Positions 35,601 to 47,627 are shown, numbered from the stretch's first letter. The stretch is 64,000 nt of DNA from Strigamia acuminata (GCA_949358305.1 OX442314.1:12524001-12588000); one strand, 5' to 3'. The notes: a model not told the origin generated them from the letters alone. Numbers and translations: made by a program.

Positions 35601-36169
35601 TGTGACCGATTATTGGCCACTACAACACACCCACATGGCCCAGCCCAACTCCGCCCGCCAGGTGGCGTTGACGGTTGAGGGATGGTGACCAGGATGACGT
35701 CATATCCGGTCACCAACCCCACAACCAATGGGAAGAGGTACTCTCGTACCCATGGTGCAAGAGTGAGATATAAAAGGCCCAACATCCTGTTTCTGGCCAG
35801 AGTTCCACAGGAACGGTCCTGACCAACATCAGACCGGTCCACACTCTTGTTCACCATGGTGTCACTTAGGGACTTGGCCGGTATGCCAGTCCCAGTACCG
35901 TGAGCGATTACCATGGGCCAAATGAACATCGACATGACCACGCCGCACAACCAGGTTAACCCTAACCACGTGTGTGCCGCGTGTGGTCACAGGTCTGCTG
36001 CAGCAATGCAGCAGGAGCATGGGAGAGACACAAGATATTGACCCCTAGACAACTGAATAAAGGCCTAAAACCTCAAACACAGTCTCTTGTAGTCTCCTAT
36101 CTATACGTGTCGAGCGTCCGGCGCTGTTTAGGCATTCCCGTGCCTGAACAATGTCCGTCCACTCTCACA
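35601..36169 (+). repeat. 5' LTR
   Basis: TGTGACC...CTCACA; contains TATAAAA and AATAAA. I see two substitutions versus the 3' LTR. Confidence 0.95.
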
Positions 36170-36171
36170 AT

Positions 36172-36190
36172 TGGTGGCCCGTCCTGGGAT
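36172..36190 (+). other. Primer binding site, tRNA-Ile(AAU)-like
   Basis: TGGTGGCCCGTCCTGGGAT, 2 nt after the LTR. Resembles the complement of recalled metazoan tRNA-Ile(AAU) 3' ends. Confidence 0.7.
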
Positions 36191-38289
36191 AGAATTTTTT
36201 TTTTACAACAAAACGAATGTTTTTTAGGAGAATTTTTGTTTGTTGTTTGTGAAATTTAAGTTTGAATCCCGAGACCTGGTTGTGAAATATGGGTATTGGA
36301 CCTGGTTGTGGACTGCTGAGGCCAGTAGTTTGATACAACCATCCAATATACGGACCCTGTTGACCAAACCTTGGTATTTGCGCGTGCTAACTGGGTGTAG
36401 TTGGACTGACGGTGTGTGGCGAAGTCGAGTCCGGAGGTTATTGGAGGCATGCGACCCAATGCCGAAAGAACAACTGCAGGTTGAGCATTGTTGCGATACC
36501 ATTGCGTATCATTTCATTTTTTGGGTAGGTTGCCTGGATTGTTGACTTAATTAAGAAAACATTTCCAGAATGCTTACCAACCTTATTATTTCTATTTTTG
36601 GTGAAAAGGACCTAAATGTTGGACCGTTTGCATGTGTCATTGTGATGTGGAGCCACACGGGCAGTGTTCACGTGCATAAACTGTCGCTTCATGGGTCGGG
36701 CGTAGTGCGTACGATGTATCAGCCCGAAAGTATTGGTGGAGCGCTAGTATTTGTATGACAGAGCGGACAGATGGCTAGATGATTCGGAGTGATGCCTGAA
36801 GAGGTCAAATGTAAAAAGTTCGGTGCAAATACCTTGGTTCATCGCCTTGGAAAAAACTAGTATGCACACCAAGCATGAGTAAAGGTTAGGTATATGACTG
36901 CGGACTTTCCCTTGCTTTCTTGCACCAGTGGATGTTAAAGATTGGAAACTGTGAATTTTTTCTTACTTTTTAGAACTAAATTAAGTTTCTGTCCGCAACT
37001 ACAACCACTGGGGTCTGGGAGATAGGAGAGCGGCCGGCAAGATGGTAAATTGTCGGTGACGTGCTCAAAGGCACTCCAATAAACGAGTGCAGTCAGAATG
37101 GCTAGAACATTGTATTTAATGTGGTGAATCCATGGCTGTACCTTTCAAAATTCTTTTCATTTTTCACGTGCCTACTCAACTTCCATCGATTCTCGTCTCC
37201 AAGATGAATGGAATTGGCATTGCCCGAGAAATATCTACATCTCCAAAAAGACCTCTCTTGGCAATTTTCTTTTAATTCTTTCTCTTCTTCGAATTCTTTT
37301 CCTTCCATCCCGGGTGAAAACATGCAGCAGGGCACTTTCTAAAGTGATGAAATGTGGAAGCTTAGGAGCGGGCAGTAACGACGTTTGCTGTTTGACTTGT
37401 ATCTCGCCAAGTGTTAAGCTTGGTTAGCCGCCAGCTGTGTGTCGAACTCAGACAGTTTTGCAGAAGAACTCTACTCTTCATTCGTTCTTTTGCTAAATTG
37501 CCAAACAAAAACCCCTCACCAAGATATTCACTTATCTTGGTGGAATCTGAGAGATGTGCAAACATTTCAAAAGATTCACACAAAAAAACAGGTGAAAAAA
37601 CGTTTTGTATTTCAATTTTTGAACTGTTCTAGTTTTTTATCTTCTCAAAAGGAAGACTGGGAAACGAAAACAAACTTTAAAAAACCATTTGTTGTGCAAA
37701 CAGGAATAAAAAACCAAAGTTTTTTGTCAAACTTCGACATGTGCGCAAGCACGTAACGCGAAAAAATGACTACGAAACGGGGTTTTATCCAAATTATTCC
37801 ACTCAATTAACATTCGAGTAGATGGACTACCTGGTCAGGGACTTTTTTAAAAATTTGTGGAAGAGTTGTTAAAACAGCAACGGGACTTAGCAAATAGTGT
37901 ATGACCCGTCTCCGGTAATGATCAGTCACTACGAAATCGAAAAAAAATGAAAATTGAACAAATACCGACAAACACAAATTCAAAATAGATTAAGCTTTGT
38001 AATAGGGAAGTATGTTTATTCCCGGAAGTTACGATGGCCCAGTTGAAAAGTTTAGTGTTTACAGGACATAAATTCAACCAAAAAAAAAAAAAATGGATAT
38101 TTTTGACCAAAAAGCAAAAAAATCCAAAGTGTTTGAGAAATCGAACACAAACCAAACGTTTTATAACGAAACGACCTGTTTTTATTTAAAAATAAGTTGT
38201 TACAATCATAGAAATCTTTCGACGAAGGATATTTACCAGAAAGATTGAGTTTTTTCCGAAATTTTCCCAAATTTTGCTGCAAAAATCAA

Positions 38290-39580
38290 CCTTTTTGGCG
38301 AAAAACAACGTAAAATCGATGAATTAGGTTCGCAAAGAGTGGAGAATCACCACAAATCATTCCAAAACCGGAAAAATCAAACGAAAATCCATTTTCTTGC
38401 CCGGAACAATGACGATTTTTGCTTCGGCAAAGCCGCACGGTTGCAACAAGCAACACGCGCAAAAGCACCGCCGATACGAGACAATCGACTTCCCGGCAAG
38501 ACAAATGAAGGAAACGAACACTTTTTCGACGATTCGGCTTGTTTAAAACTAAAAAACGAATGGAATCACCGGTAAAATGAGTTCAAAAAACCTTTTTGCA
38601 CCAAAAATGACAATTCTTGACAGATTTCGACCACGTGGTTTTCCGCGAAAATGGCCGAAAATTTGAATCAAGAAACGATCGTTTTAATGCGGAAAAGTAA
38701 AAAAAAAAAAAAGCACGAAGGGATTGATGTGATTTAACATCACAAACCACTCCGGATTCAAATAAAAACCGATTTGGCACAATTTTTGTCAAATAAAACA
38801 GAGGTTTTCGCCAATTTTTGAAAGCGTGGTTGACGGCACGCAAACCAAAATAATCGCCGCGAAAACAACGATCGTGCCTAAAAGTAAGTTTGAGTTGGGA
38901 TAAAGTGGTAAAAGGCACCACAAACCTTCCCGACAAAAGAGTTTAATAATTGTAAACGTGTTTCGGGCGGAAATTGACGTTTTCACCGATTTTTTTTTTT
39001 TTTTTTTGACCGCTTGGTTCGGGCGAATCAACGAAATTGCCGCGAAAACAATCAATTTTTTCCCGAAATACAGGTAATTGCTAAGGATAACGTGATTAAA
39101 CACCGCGGAACGTCCCGAGAATTATAATACAAGCATTTTTTATGTTTTTTCACCGGGAAACGGACATTTTGCCAGATTTTTCAAACACGAGATTTATCGC
39201 CTCGTACGAGAGAAATTGCCGCAGAAAACGATTGTTTTCTCGTGGAAAATGTGAAATTAAGAATGAATATTGTGGTTGCTACCCACAACACTATGAAAAA
39301 CCCATAAATTGACTTTTTGGAAAGAAATGAACGTTTCGGCCGAATTTCGACCGCGTGGATCACCGCCGCTCGTAAACAAATTTACCGCAAGAAACGATCG
39401 TTTTCTGGAAAAGAAGATCAAAAACACGGTTTTTAGATCGAAATGAAGTGGCGAAAACCACAAGACCATTTAGAAATCCAAAAAAACCGAGTTACGAAAC
39501 ATTTTTGACCGAGAAATTGTTTAAAATGGCCGCTCGGACTTTGTGGTTAAAAACCACTGAAAATCGAATTTTGGCCACCA
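38290..39580 (+). repeat. Degenerate ~170-190 bp tandem array in the retrotransposon leader
   Basis: Recurrent (c)cgtgg...aaattgccgc-gaaaacgatcgtttt-like motifs near 38673, 38865, 39045, 39224 and 39391. Confidence 0.6.
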
Positions 39581-39864
39581 AAAACATATTTCGAAGCAAA
39601 AAAAGAACCATTTTTAGAATAAAAGACAACAAAACACATGTTTTAAATAGGTTTAAGTTATTTTTTATTAAAAAATCTGGAAAACTGAATAAAATAAAAT
39701 GTTTATACTTTATTTGAAAAAAAAAAAAAAAAAAAGGAAAAAATGTAAAAATCAGAATTCATTCTATTTGCTATCAACGGATTAACAGATTGCTGGGAGT
39801 TTATCCCTAAATTCCTAAGAAATCAACGATGACAAGTGTGATGTCATAATCCTCGAACAATAGA

Positions 39865-39970
39865 ACAGGAAGTCACATGGCAAATTCTACTCGGCTATGA
39901 TTGGTTGTTGAGAGAACAATGGGCAGACAGGATATATAAGTCTCAGCTCTAGCTCAGTTCACTCAGTCCC
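39865..39970 (+). promoter_or_regulatory. Putative internal Pol II core promoter upstream of gag
   Basis: TATATAAG at 39933-39940; Inr-like TCAGTC with its A at 39965 (32 nt from the TATA start); reverse CCAAT (ATTGG) near 39900; CAGGAAGT near 39866. Confidence 0.55.
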
Positions 39971-39984
39971 TTCTTGACGACTAC

Positions 39985-41568
39985 ATGGTTCAGACCAGGA
40001 ATAAACAATATCCCGAAATAAACCAAGCTAGTGATCAGAACGAACCCCAACCACTCAACCAAGAGAATTTATCTGTTTCCGACCCTAATATTGCAACACC
40101 AGCAGTAAGAATGGATCAAGCAACGGTCGATGGAATTGCGGCTATTTTACAAGTAGACCCCGACACCATTACGACCCCGGCAGAACTAGCCGTAGCACTT
40201 ACGCGAATAGCGACGGAAAAGGCCGCAGTTGACCAACAGCTACAGACTGCACAAGCGCAGTTAATAGCTAACAATCAACAGCAGGCCCAAAATGGTACAT
40301 TGCAACAGGGGGGGAATCAGTGGCTGCCACAGCAACAGACCCCTCCCTTGCAGCAAATAAATGGCTTGCCGCAATTAAATCATGGATACCCACCACCCGG
40401 TTCTCAGCATTATAATTGGCAACAATCACAAAATGCTTATAACCAACCGGGATGGATGTCACCCAGAACTTGGTCACCAGCACCCAGTTGGCAACCATCA
40501 ACTGCAGGTACACCATCATCCTCAGGCGGACATAATATCCTATGGACAATGCCAGTCCCTCAAACGTCTGGTGTTAGTGGTGGAAGTCAAGCCCCAAACT
40601 CAACTCCACCCACAACATCAACAGCGACTCCGAATACTGTGAAACCGTTTGACAAGCAAGCTTTTGCACGAACGGTTATGCAAATTCGTATGGACCCTTA
40701 CACTGGAGATCGGTCTAAGGCCAGAGTTTTTCTCATTAGCCTAAGACAAAGTCTCAGCTTTGTAGAAGAGCACTTGAACTATATTGCAATTAACCATATG
40801 AATGCTTTCATGAAAGGGGAAGCACACGCTTGGTTAACGCAAAGTATGTCCTTTACAGGATGGAACGACTTCGAAATGAAGTTTATAAAACGCTTTGCAC
40901 CTTGTGACTCGCAACTAATGACTGAGATTGACAAAATCAAACAGTCAGAAGGCATGTCACCAGTGCAACTCGTAAACGCAATGGAAGAGCTTTTTGTTCA
41001 ACTTCATGTCCCGATAGCAGATGAGGAAAAAACGATGAAAGCACTCCTTGCAATGACAGAAGAGACAAGGCGGTGCATTAAGGTTGCAATTGTGTATGAT
41101 CACACATGGGCAAACCTGAAATGGGCTTGCTCAGCAACAGAGAACACTGCCAGGGAAGCAGAAAGACTTGGTAAATTGTTGTCAAATCAACAAAAAACAC
41201 CATCATCAACGGTTCAAAGTTTAGTACCAACCACGGTTGCATCAACTAAAGAACCACTGCATCCATATGCTAGCAGGAAGGCGTTTGAAAAACCGCAACC
41301 AGCTAAAGCACTGACAAAAACAGGAACTACTGCAAGTAATATCTTGTCAGACTACGCAACAGCACCTAAATCAGGCGGCTGCTTTATCTGTGGAGGGCAA
41401 CATTTTAAAAGAGACTGCCCACTACGAGAAAAGAGCAAGCAAACTTTGCAGGCACATCAGGCTGCATTAGTCGCTGAATTAGAATCTGTTAACGAACGAT
41501 TCCAAGCAATGTGCAGTGACGAACCAGATGAGGGAAACGAGTCAACGCAGTCATCAACCACGAACTAA
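39985..41568 (+). CDS. gag: Gag (527 aa, one CCHC zinc knuckle)
   Basis: Retrotransposon capsid-like segment MKGEAHAW...WNDFEMKFIKRF and knuckle CFICGGQHFKRDCP; lies directly upstream of pol. Confidence 0.9.
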   Translation: MVQTRNKQYPEINQASDQNEPQPLNQENLSVSDPNIATPAVRMDQATVDGIAAILQVDPDTITTPAELAVALTRIATEKAAVDQQLQTAQAQLIANNQQQAQNGTLQQGGNQWLPQQQTPPLQQINGLPQLNHGYPPPGSQHYNWQQSQNAYNQPGWMSPRTWSPAPSWQPSTAGTPSSSGGHNILWTMPVPQTSGVSGGSQAPNSTPPTTSTATPNTVKPFDKQAFARTVMQIRMDPYTGDRSKARVFLISLRQSLSFVEEHLNYIAINHMNAFMKGEAHAWLTQSMSFTGWNDFEMKFIKRFAPCDSQLMTEIDKIKQSEGMSPVQLVNAMEELFVQLHVPIADEEKTMKALLAMTEETRRCIKVAIVYDHTWANLKWACSATENTAREAERLGKLLSNQQKTPSSTVQSLVPTTVASTKEPLHPYASRKAFEKPQPAKALTKTGTTASNILSDYATAPKSGGCFICGGQHFKRDCPLREKSKQTLQAHQAALVAELESVNERFQAMCSDEPDEGNESTQSSTTN

Positions 41569-41583
41569 TGGTTGAGGACTGCG
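41532..41583 (+). other. Programmed -1 ribosomal frameshift signal
   Basis: G GGA AAC heptamer in the gag frame, 7-nt spacer, then hairpin CGCAGTC-A-TCAACCA/TGGTTGA-G-GACTGCG. The pol frame opens exactly at the heptamer (TGA at 41529-41531). Confidence 0.85.
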
Positions 41584-44500
41584 GTGGCCGAGCCTCGATT
41601 TTAACTCAATTGGAAGAGGATGCACTGGATGATATATTTAATGAAATACAATCATACGACAAGCACCCTTTTGCTGCATTAAACGGTCCTATAATAAAAG
41701 ACACCATTGCAGTAGCCATGAAGAGTAAATCCAGTAAACTCCCTTACATGAAAGTGGAGTTAAACGGTATAAAAACTACGGCACTACTAGATTGCGGCGC
41801 TTCGGCACCCTACATTAGGGTGGAATGGTTAAGAAATTAGGCCTAACTAAAATGATTGAGCCATGTACTGAACGTCGCGAAGTCATGACTGGTGACAGGG
41901 TAACAGTCCCAATTGGCCAAATTACATTAACCATGAAGTGGCCTACTGGAGAAAAAGCAATCAAGTTCCCGATCCTACCAACAGCCTCTTGTTTTATACT
42001 ATTAGGTTGTACTTGGATTGGTGCAAACAAGATTGAAATAAGTGTTCATAGAAAAGTTTGGTATCACATCGATTTTAAAGACACCCTCTATACTTTCGAC
42101 GATAATACCACAAACTTTGAAATGGCAGAATCCATAGTAGGTGAATGGGAGAAATTGATAAGTTTCCACGCAAAACCATCAGGGCAGTCGCTTGAAGAAA
42201 AACTTCTGGTAAACTGCAAACTCCCACAACATCAAAAAACAAGGTTGAAAACTTTAATTAGTAAATACAACAAAGTTTTTAGTGATGAAGCAGGTTGTCA
42301 TCCAACCTTGGAACATGCGATTCCAACAGGTAATGCGCCAGCATTTAAATGCAAAGACAGACCAATAAATCCTGCAAAAGCGGAGTTATTACGAGATCTT
42401 GTCACTGTTTTATTAAAATCTGGGTGGGCAGAAAGATGCGAAAGCAGCTACAAAAATCCACCCGTGATAGTAAAGAAAAAAGAAGGCACGTATCGACTTT
42501 GCATAGACTTCAGGTGGCTGAATAAGATAACGGTTAAGGATGTCTACCATATGCCACCCATTACCATGATTTTAGCCTGCCTAGGAGGAAAATGTTTCTT
42601 TTCAACACTGGACTTGACCAAGGGGTATTATCAAATAAAGCTGAAACCCTCTGACCGTCCAAAAACAGCATTTGCAACTCCAGACGGGACGTTCCAATTT
42701 ACAAGAATGCCCTTCGGACTCTGTAATGCACCTAGTGCTTTTCAGAGAATGATGGATGAAGTGCTGGGAATTTCAAAGCATAAATGGGCCATGGCATACT
42801 TAGATGATATAATTATCTTTAGTAATACCTTTGAGGAACATTTAATCCACTTAGAAGATATCTTTAAGCGCTTGAGGAAGAACAATCTAACAGCAAGCCC
42901 TGATAAGTCTTTTCTATGCTCAGAGACATTGGATTTCCTGGGTTTCACAATTTCAAACCAAGGTTACAGTCCAAATGGCTCAAAAGTGGAGGCTATTGTA
43001 GCATATCCGGCACCCAAAAATGTTAAACAACTACAACGTTTTTTAGGAATGGTTGGATTCTATCAGCCATTAATCCACGAATGCAACATTACTTCAAAGC
43101 CATTCTACGTGCTCCTTAAAAAAGACGTGCAGTGGAATTGGTCAGAAGAATGTATAGTAGCTTTTGCAACTCTTAAACGTCAGCTCGCGCATGGGATCAC
43201 GCTGCCTTTGCCCGATTTTGACCGACCTTTCATCATTCACACCGATGCAAGTTCGGGCGGACTTGGCGCAGTCCTCATGCAGGCTGACGATGAAGATAAA
43301 ATCAGGCCAGTAGCATATGCAAGCCGCACTCTACAAGGTGCAGAAGCAAATTACGGAGCTACTGAACTAGAATGTTTAGGAGTTATCTGGGCGGTTTATA
43401 AATTTAAACCTTATGTAGAATACTCCACTTACACTCTAGAAACTGACCACCAAGCTCTGAAATGGCTGATGTCTTAAGAAGACCCGGCAGGCCGCTTAGC
43501 TAGATGGGCAATGAAGTTACAGCAGGAAGATTTTGTAATAAAATACAGAAAAGGAACTGATAATACTGTGGCGGATGCTCTTTCCAGGATAAATCTTGAT
43601 GACGATTATACGACAGCAAGAAAATATCCCGAAGAAGAAAACAATCCACCACAAGAAACAGCACTGTTTATTTTGGATGCACGGATTCAAGCAATCTCAG
43701 CAACCAGAATGGCAGCAGAGCAGAGATTGGACCCAGAATTATCAAAAATCATTGAGTGGTTGGAAATTGACAACCTCGAGGATGATGAAATCTGGAAACA
43801 AGTCCCACAACACTTTCTGCCAGTAAAGTCAGATTTAGCAATAAATAAAAATGGGGTACTAATGATCAATTCACCCTATAAATCAGATTTTTTCCTGACA
43901 GAAATAGAGGATGGTGCTGGTCTTAAAATACTTGTACCAAAATCACTCCAAACTCACTGCCTACGGTTGGTACACGATCACCCAACAGCAGGCCATGGAG
44001 GAGTTGATGTCACTTTTGAAAGACTCAAACGAGCATATTTTTGGTTCGGCATGCGTAAGCAAGCAAGAACTCATGTAAATTGCTGCGAACGCTGTCAAAA
44101 GTGCAAGCCTATTCAAAGAAAACCAAAAGGTTTGATGATTCCCACCTCACCCAAAATTGGTAGATTTGAAAGAATTGGCATTGATTTTATTGGCCCAAAG
44201 GTCCGTACTAAAAACAGAAATAGGTGGCTATTAGTCATTGTCGATTACGCAACGAATTGGGTTGAAATTGTTCCCTTGCGCAGTGCAAAAATTGCATACG
44301 TCGTACCCATTCTTAAGCACTTTTTCGAAACACATGGGTGCCCTCGTTTTATCGTAAGCGACAACGGACCCCAATTTGTTTCCGATGTTTATGAGGCATT
44401 ATGTAGGGATGCGGGAATAACAATCCTGAAAACAACCCCATATCATCCTCAAACAAACTTGACGGAGAGAATAAATAGAAACATCAAGATTATGCTTCAA

Positions 44501-45244
44501 ATATTCACCTCTGAACACGATCAGTGGGATCGGTGCATTGGCGATATAAATTTTGCCTTGCGCACTGCACCCTCAGTAACAACTGGTTTCACACCAGCAA
44601 TGCTTACTTTTCTAAGAGAATTGAGGCCTTGGTGGGACAATAGGGACATCTCTTATGACGCCCCATTTGACCCAAACCAACCTCAGGATGCCCAAAGAAT
44701 GTTGGTTGCAAGATCCAAAGTTTTAATGCAGGCAGCAATTCGTAATAAATTGCTTGCACAACAAAAACAGAAAGGATATTACGACCAACATCGTAGCAAT
44801 GACACATTCAAAAAAGATGATCTGGTTTTGAGAAAAACCCACGCTCTTTCGAATGCTGCAAAAGGTTACACAGCTTCACTTGAGGACAGATACAAAGGTC
44901 CATTTGTCATCACTGAAGTAAAAAGCCCGAATGTTTACGTGATTGCCAAGCCAATTACTTTACAAACAATTGGACCAGTAAACATAGTCGAATTGAAACG
45001 ATTCATACCCGACTATACTGCAGTGAAATGGCCTGTCACAGAGGTTGATGAGGATAATTATTACCCAACAACAACTTCAGAACAAAACATTGTTCCTCAG
45101 ACCACACCAATTGCAGAAACTGTTGAAAAATCAACAAAAACGGCGAAGCCCCCTCAAGTCCAAGCACCGGTACAGCAACCTGAACCAGCAGTCAGGACTA
45201 CGAGGTCAGGCCGACCAAATCGACTACCAATTCGGTTCCAATAG
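41532..45244 (+). pseudogene. pol: Pol (PR-RT-RH-IN) in the -1 frame, disrupted by one frameshift and one nonsense codon
   Basis: LLDCGA protease, YLDD RT, HTDAS RNase H, HDH..GH..CERC, IDF/SDNG/TER integrase, and a YKGPF motif. 1-nt deletion near 41828; in-frame TAA at 43475-43477 (KWLMS*EDPAGRLARW). Confidence 0.9.
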
Positions 45245-45488
45245 GAACCAACAATTGGCATGAGAATTGAAAGTATTCTTGACAAACATTTTGAGTTTTA
45301 AGTTCAAAAGAACCCACAAACACAAAGAAAGCAGATGGCGGATCTGAGGATACCACACAAAATCCACATCAAACCACCATTACGATGATCAAACGACCAG
45401 GACCAAGGACGAGGGATCAACGTCAATCGAGGCTCTTTAGCTTCACAAGAAAAGAAGAAGACCTTTATTTTTATCATTAATAGTTTAA

Positions 45489-45922
45489 CCCTTCCAACCC
45501 GAAAGAATTGGCTTCCCATCTCTCCCTAAGATGGGCATTATATGACCCAGATTCTGCGCATGCGCAAAATCCGGGTCTTAAAGATTTCCGAAGGAATTTG
45601 GCCAACACGTGTGTTTTTGACAACAACAAAGATGGCCGCCACGACACCTGGTGGCAATGGTTGACATTAGCGGAGCCTGCTGATGATCATGATTTATGTC
45701 CTTTGGACTCCTAAGATGGGTCTTTTTTGACCCAGTTAAACTTTGAGTTCAAATTATAGAAAAACTTAAAAAATTAAAAAAGTTTCAACTGTGGTATAGT
45801 GTCTAGTGATGTTTCAAAGGAATAGTCAGCAAAAATCAGAGAGAAAAAAAAATTATTTCTTATAAAAATAATGATTTTTTTAAAACAGGGTCACAAAATG
45901 ACCCATCTCAGGGTTGGAAGGG
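45489..45922. mobile_element. piggyBac-type non-autonomous element in the 3' UTR of the Gypsy element
   Basis: TTAA|CCCTTCCAACCC...GGGTTGGAAGGG|TTAA, with subterminal CCTRAGATGGG...TGACCC repeats. Confidence 0.85.
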
Positions 45923-46184
45923 TTAAAAGAGAAATCTAATGTTTAAATCAATAGTTAAAATAATGTTATGTTATCAAACCAATTGTCATGTCAAAATCTT
46001 TAATCAAATTTTCAATTTTGTGTATTAATTTTTCAAAATAATTTGCCAACTAGGGGTAGGTATCAAGTGTTTTTTCTGTGCTCCTCCAAGTCGTATAAAT
46101 AAAAACATGGATCCCATAGTGGGAAGTGTTGCCCTGGCATTTTTCGAAAAAAGCACTTCGAGCCTTTTTCGAAGGGGGGGGAAA

Positions 46185-46753
46185 TGTGACCGATTATCGG
46201 CCACTACAACACACCCACATGGCCCAGCCCAACCCCGCCCGCCAGGTGGCGTTGACGGTTGAGGGATGGTGACCAGGATGACGTCATATCCGGTCACCAA
46301 CCCCACAACCAATGGGAAGAGGTACTCTCGTACCCATGGTGCAAGAGTGAGATATAAAAGGCCCAACATCCTGTTTCTGGCCAGAGTTCCACAGGAACGG
46401 TCCTGACCAACATCAGACCGGTCCACACTCTTGTTCACCATGGTGTCACTTAGGGACTTGGCCGGTATGCCAGTCCCAGTACCGTGAGCGATTACCATGG
46501 GCCAAATGAACATCGACATGACCACGCCGCACAACCAGGTTAACCCTAACCACGTGTGTGCCGCGTGTGGTCACAGGTCTGCTGCAGCAATGCAGCAGGA
46601 GCATGGGAGAGACACAAGATATTGACCCCTAGACAACTGAATAAAGGCCTAAAACCTCAAACACAGTCTCTTGTAGTCTCCTATCTATACGTGTCGAGCG
46701 TCCGGCGCTGTTTAGGCATTCCCGTGCCTGAACAATGTCCGTCCACTCTCACA
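46185..46753 (+). repeat. 3' LTR
   Basis: Direct repeat of 35601-36169, immediately after the PPT. Confidence 0.95.
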
Positions 46754-46967
46754 TAATGATGAGTTTATTGTTGTTTATTTACTTTATTTTAACATTATTA
46801 GGCCTAATATTAGGCTTAATACTGCTAAATAACAACTGGAATTAGAAAATTGTCTGCGCAGAATGGGATGCGCAGTACGAATTTAGCATCAAGATACCGT
46901 GCGCTGACTGTAAGTCCGTGCCCAACAACTTCGTTCGTCAATCAAGTTTCCACAACTTGATTGGAAT

Positions 46968-47627
46968 TAAGGGTGCGGTCGGATCGGTTACAATCCGACT
47001 CAAACCGAATTCGGATTGAATTGAGTCGGTTTCGGATGGCCCCAAATCAATCCGGTTGTTTTTTGAATCGGACTGGATAATCCGAATTTTTATTTGTTCA
47101 TTCCGGATCGGGTTGTGGGGAAAAACCGAAACCGATCCGTGTAATCCGATTTTTTAAAAATAACGTTTTTACGACGTTTATAGGACGTTTATATTACATT
47201 TACTTAAACGTCCAGCATAACTGGAAAATTATCCAAAGAAAGCATAACTGCCTCCATGTGCTTGAAATCATGGTTGAAATTGAAATAATCAAAAAATTCA
47301 ATTTGCCAAGTTTGTCATTATAATTTTCTAATTTTTAATTTTTATTTCCTAACTTTTAACTTCTAATGTTCAATTCTCTTTGGAATTTTTAATAAAACTA
47401 AACAATACTTTTTTTTAAAACTTATTTCATCATTATTGCGAAATGTGACGTTTGGAACTCAATCCGATCCGAAATCCGCATTCGGTTTGAATTGAATGCA
47501 GATAGGATTGGATAGCACGCAATTTTTTTTCGGATTGGATTGAATAATCAATTTATCCATCCGCAATTATTTGAATTGGATCGGATCTTTTAAAAAACCG
47601 ATCCAAACCGATCCAAACGCACCCTTA
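46968..47627. mobile_element. hAT-type non-autonomous element
   Basis: TIR TAAGGGTGCG...CGCACCCTTA, 8-bp TSD ATTGGAAT (46960-46967 and 47628-47635), many ATCCG/CGGAT subterminal repeats. Confidence 0.88.

Larger units (their letters stand above)
35601..46753 (+). mobile_element. Full-length Ty3/Gypsy LTR retrotransposon, 11.15 kb
   Basis: 569-bp TG...CA LTRs, 4-bp TSD TAAT (35597-35600 and 46754-46757), PBS at 36172, PPT GAAGGGGGGGGAAA (46171-46184), gag and pol. Confidence 0.96.
35424..46910. mobile_element. Tc1/mariner-type MITE split by the Gypsy insertion (halves 35424-35600 and 46754-46910)
   Basis: TA|CAGTCAGCGCACGGTATCTTGATGCTAAATTCGTACTGCGCATCCCATTCTGCGCAGAC, with its reverse complement ending CTGACTG|TA. 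The uninterrupted copy at 10142-10487 has a single TAAT at the target site. Confidence 0.9.

Noticed and set aside
35576..35950. Antisense ORF in the LTR (also 46025-46534)
   Set aside because: It recurs only because the LTRs are near-identical. It has no recognisable domain and runs into different flanks in the two copies.
38290..39580. CRISPR-like interpretation of the spaced repeats
   Set aside because: Eukaryotic retrotransposon context, degenerate ~180-bp units, no invariant repeat and no cas genes.
45245..46170. Possible env gene downstream of pol
   Set aside because: No long ORF; half of the region is a piggyBac-type MITE.
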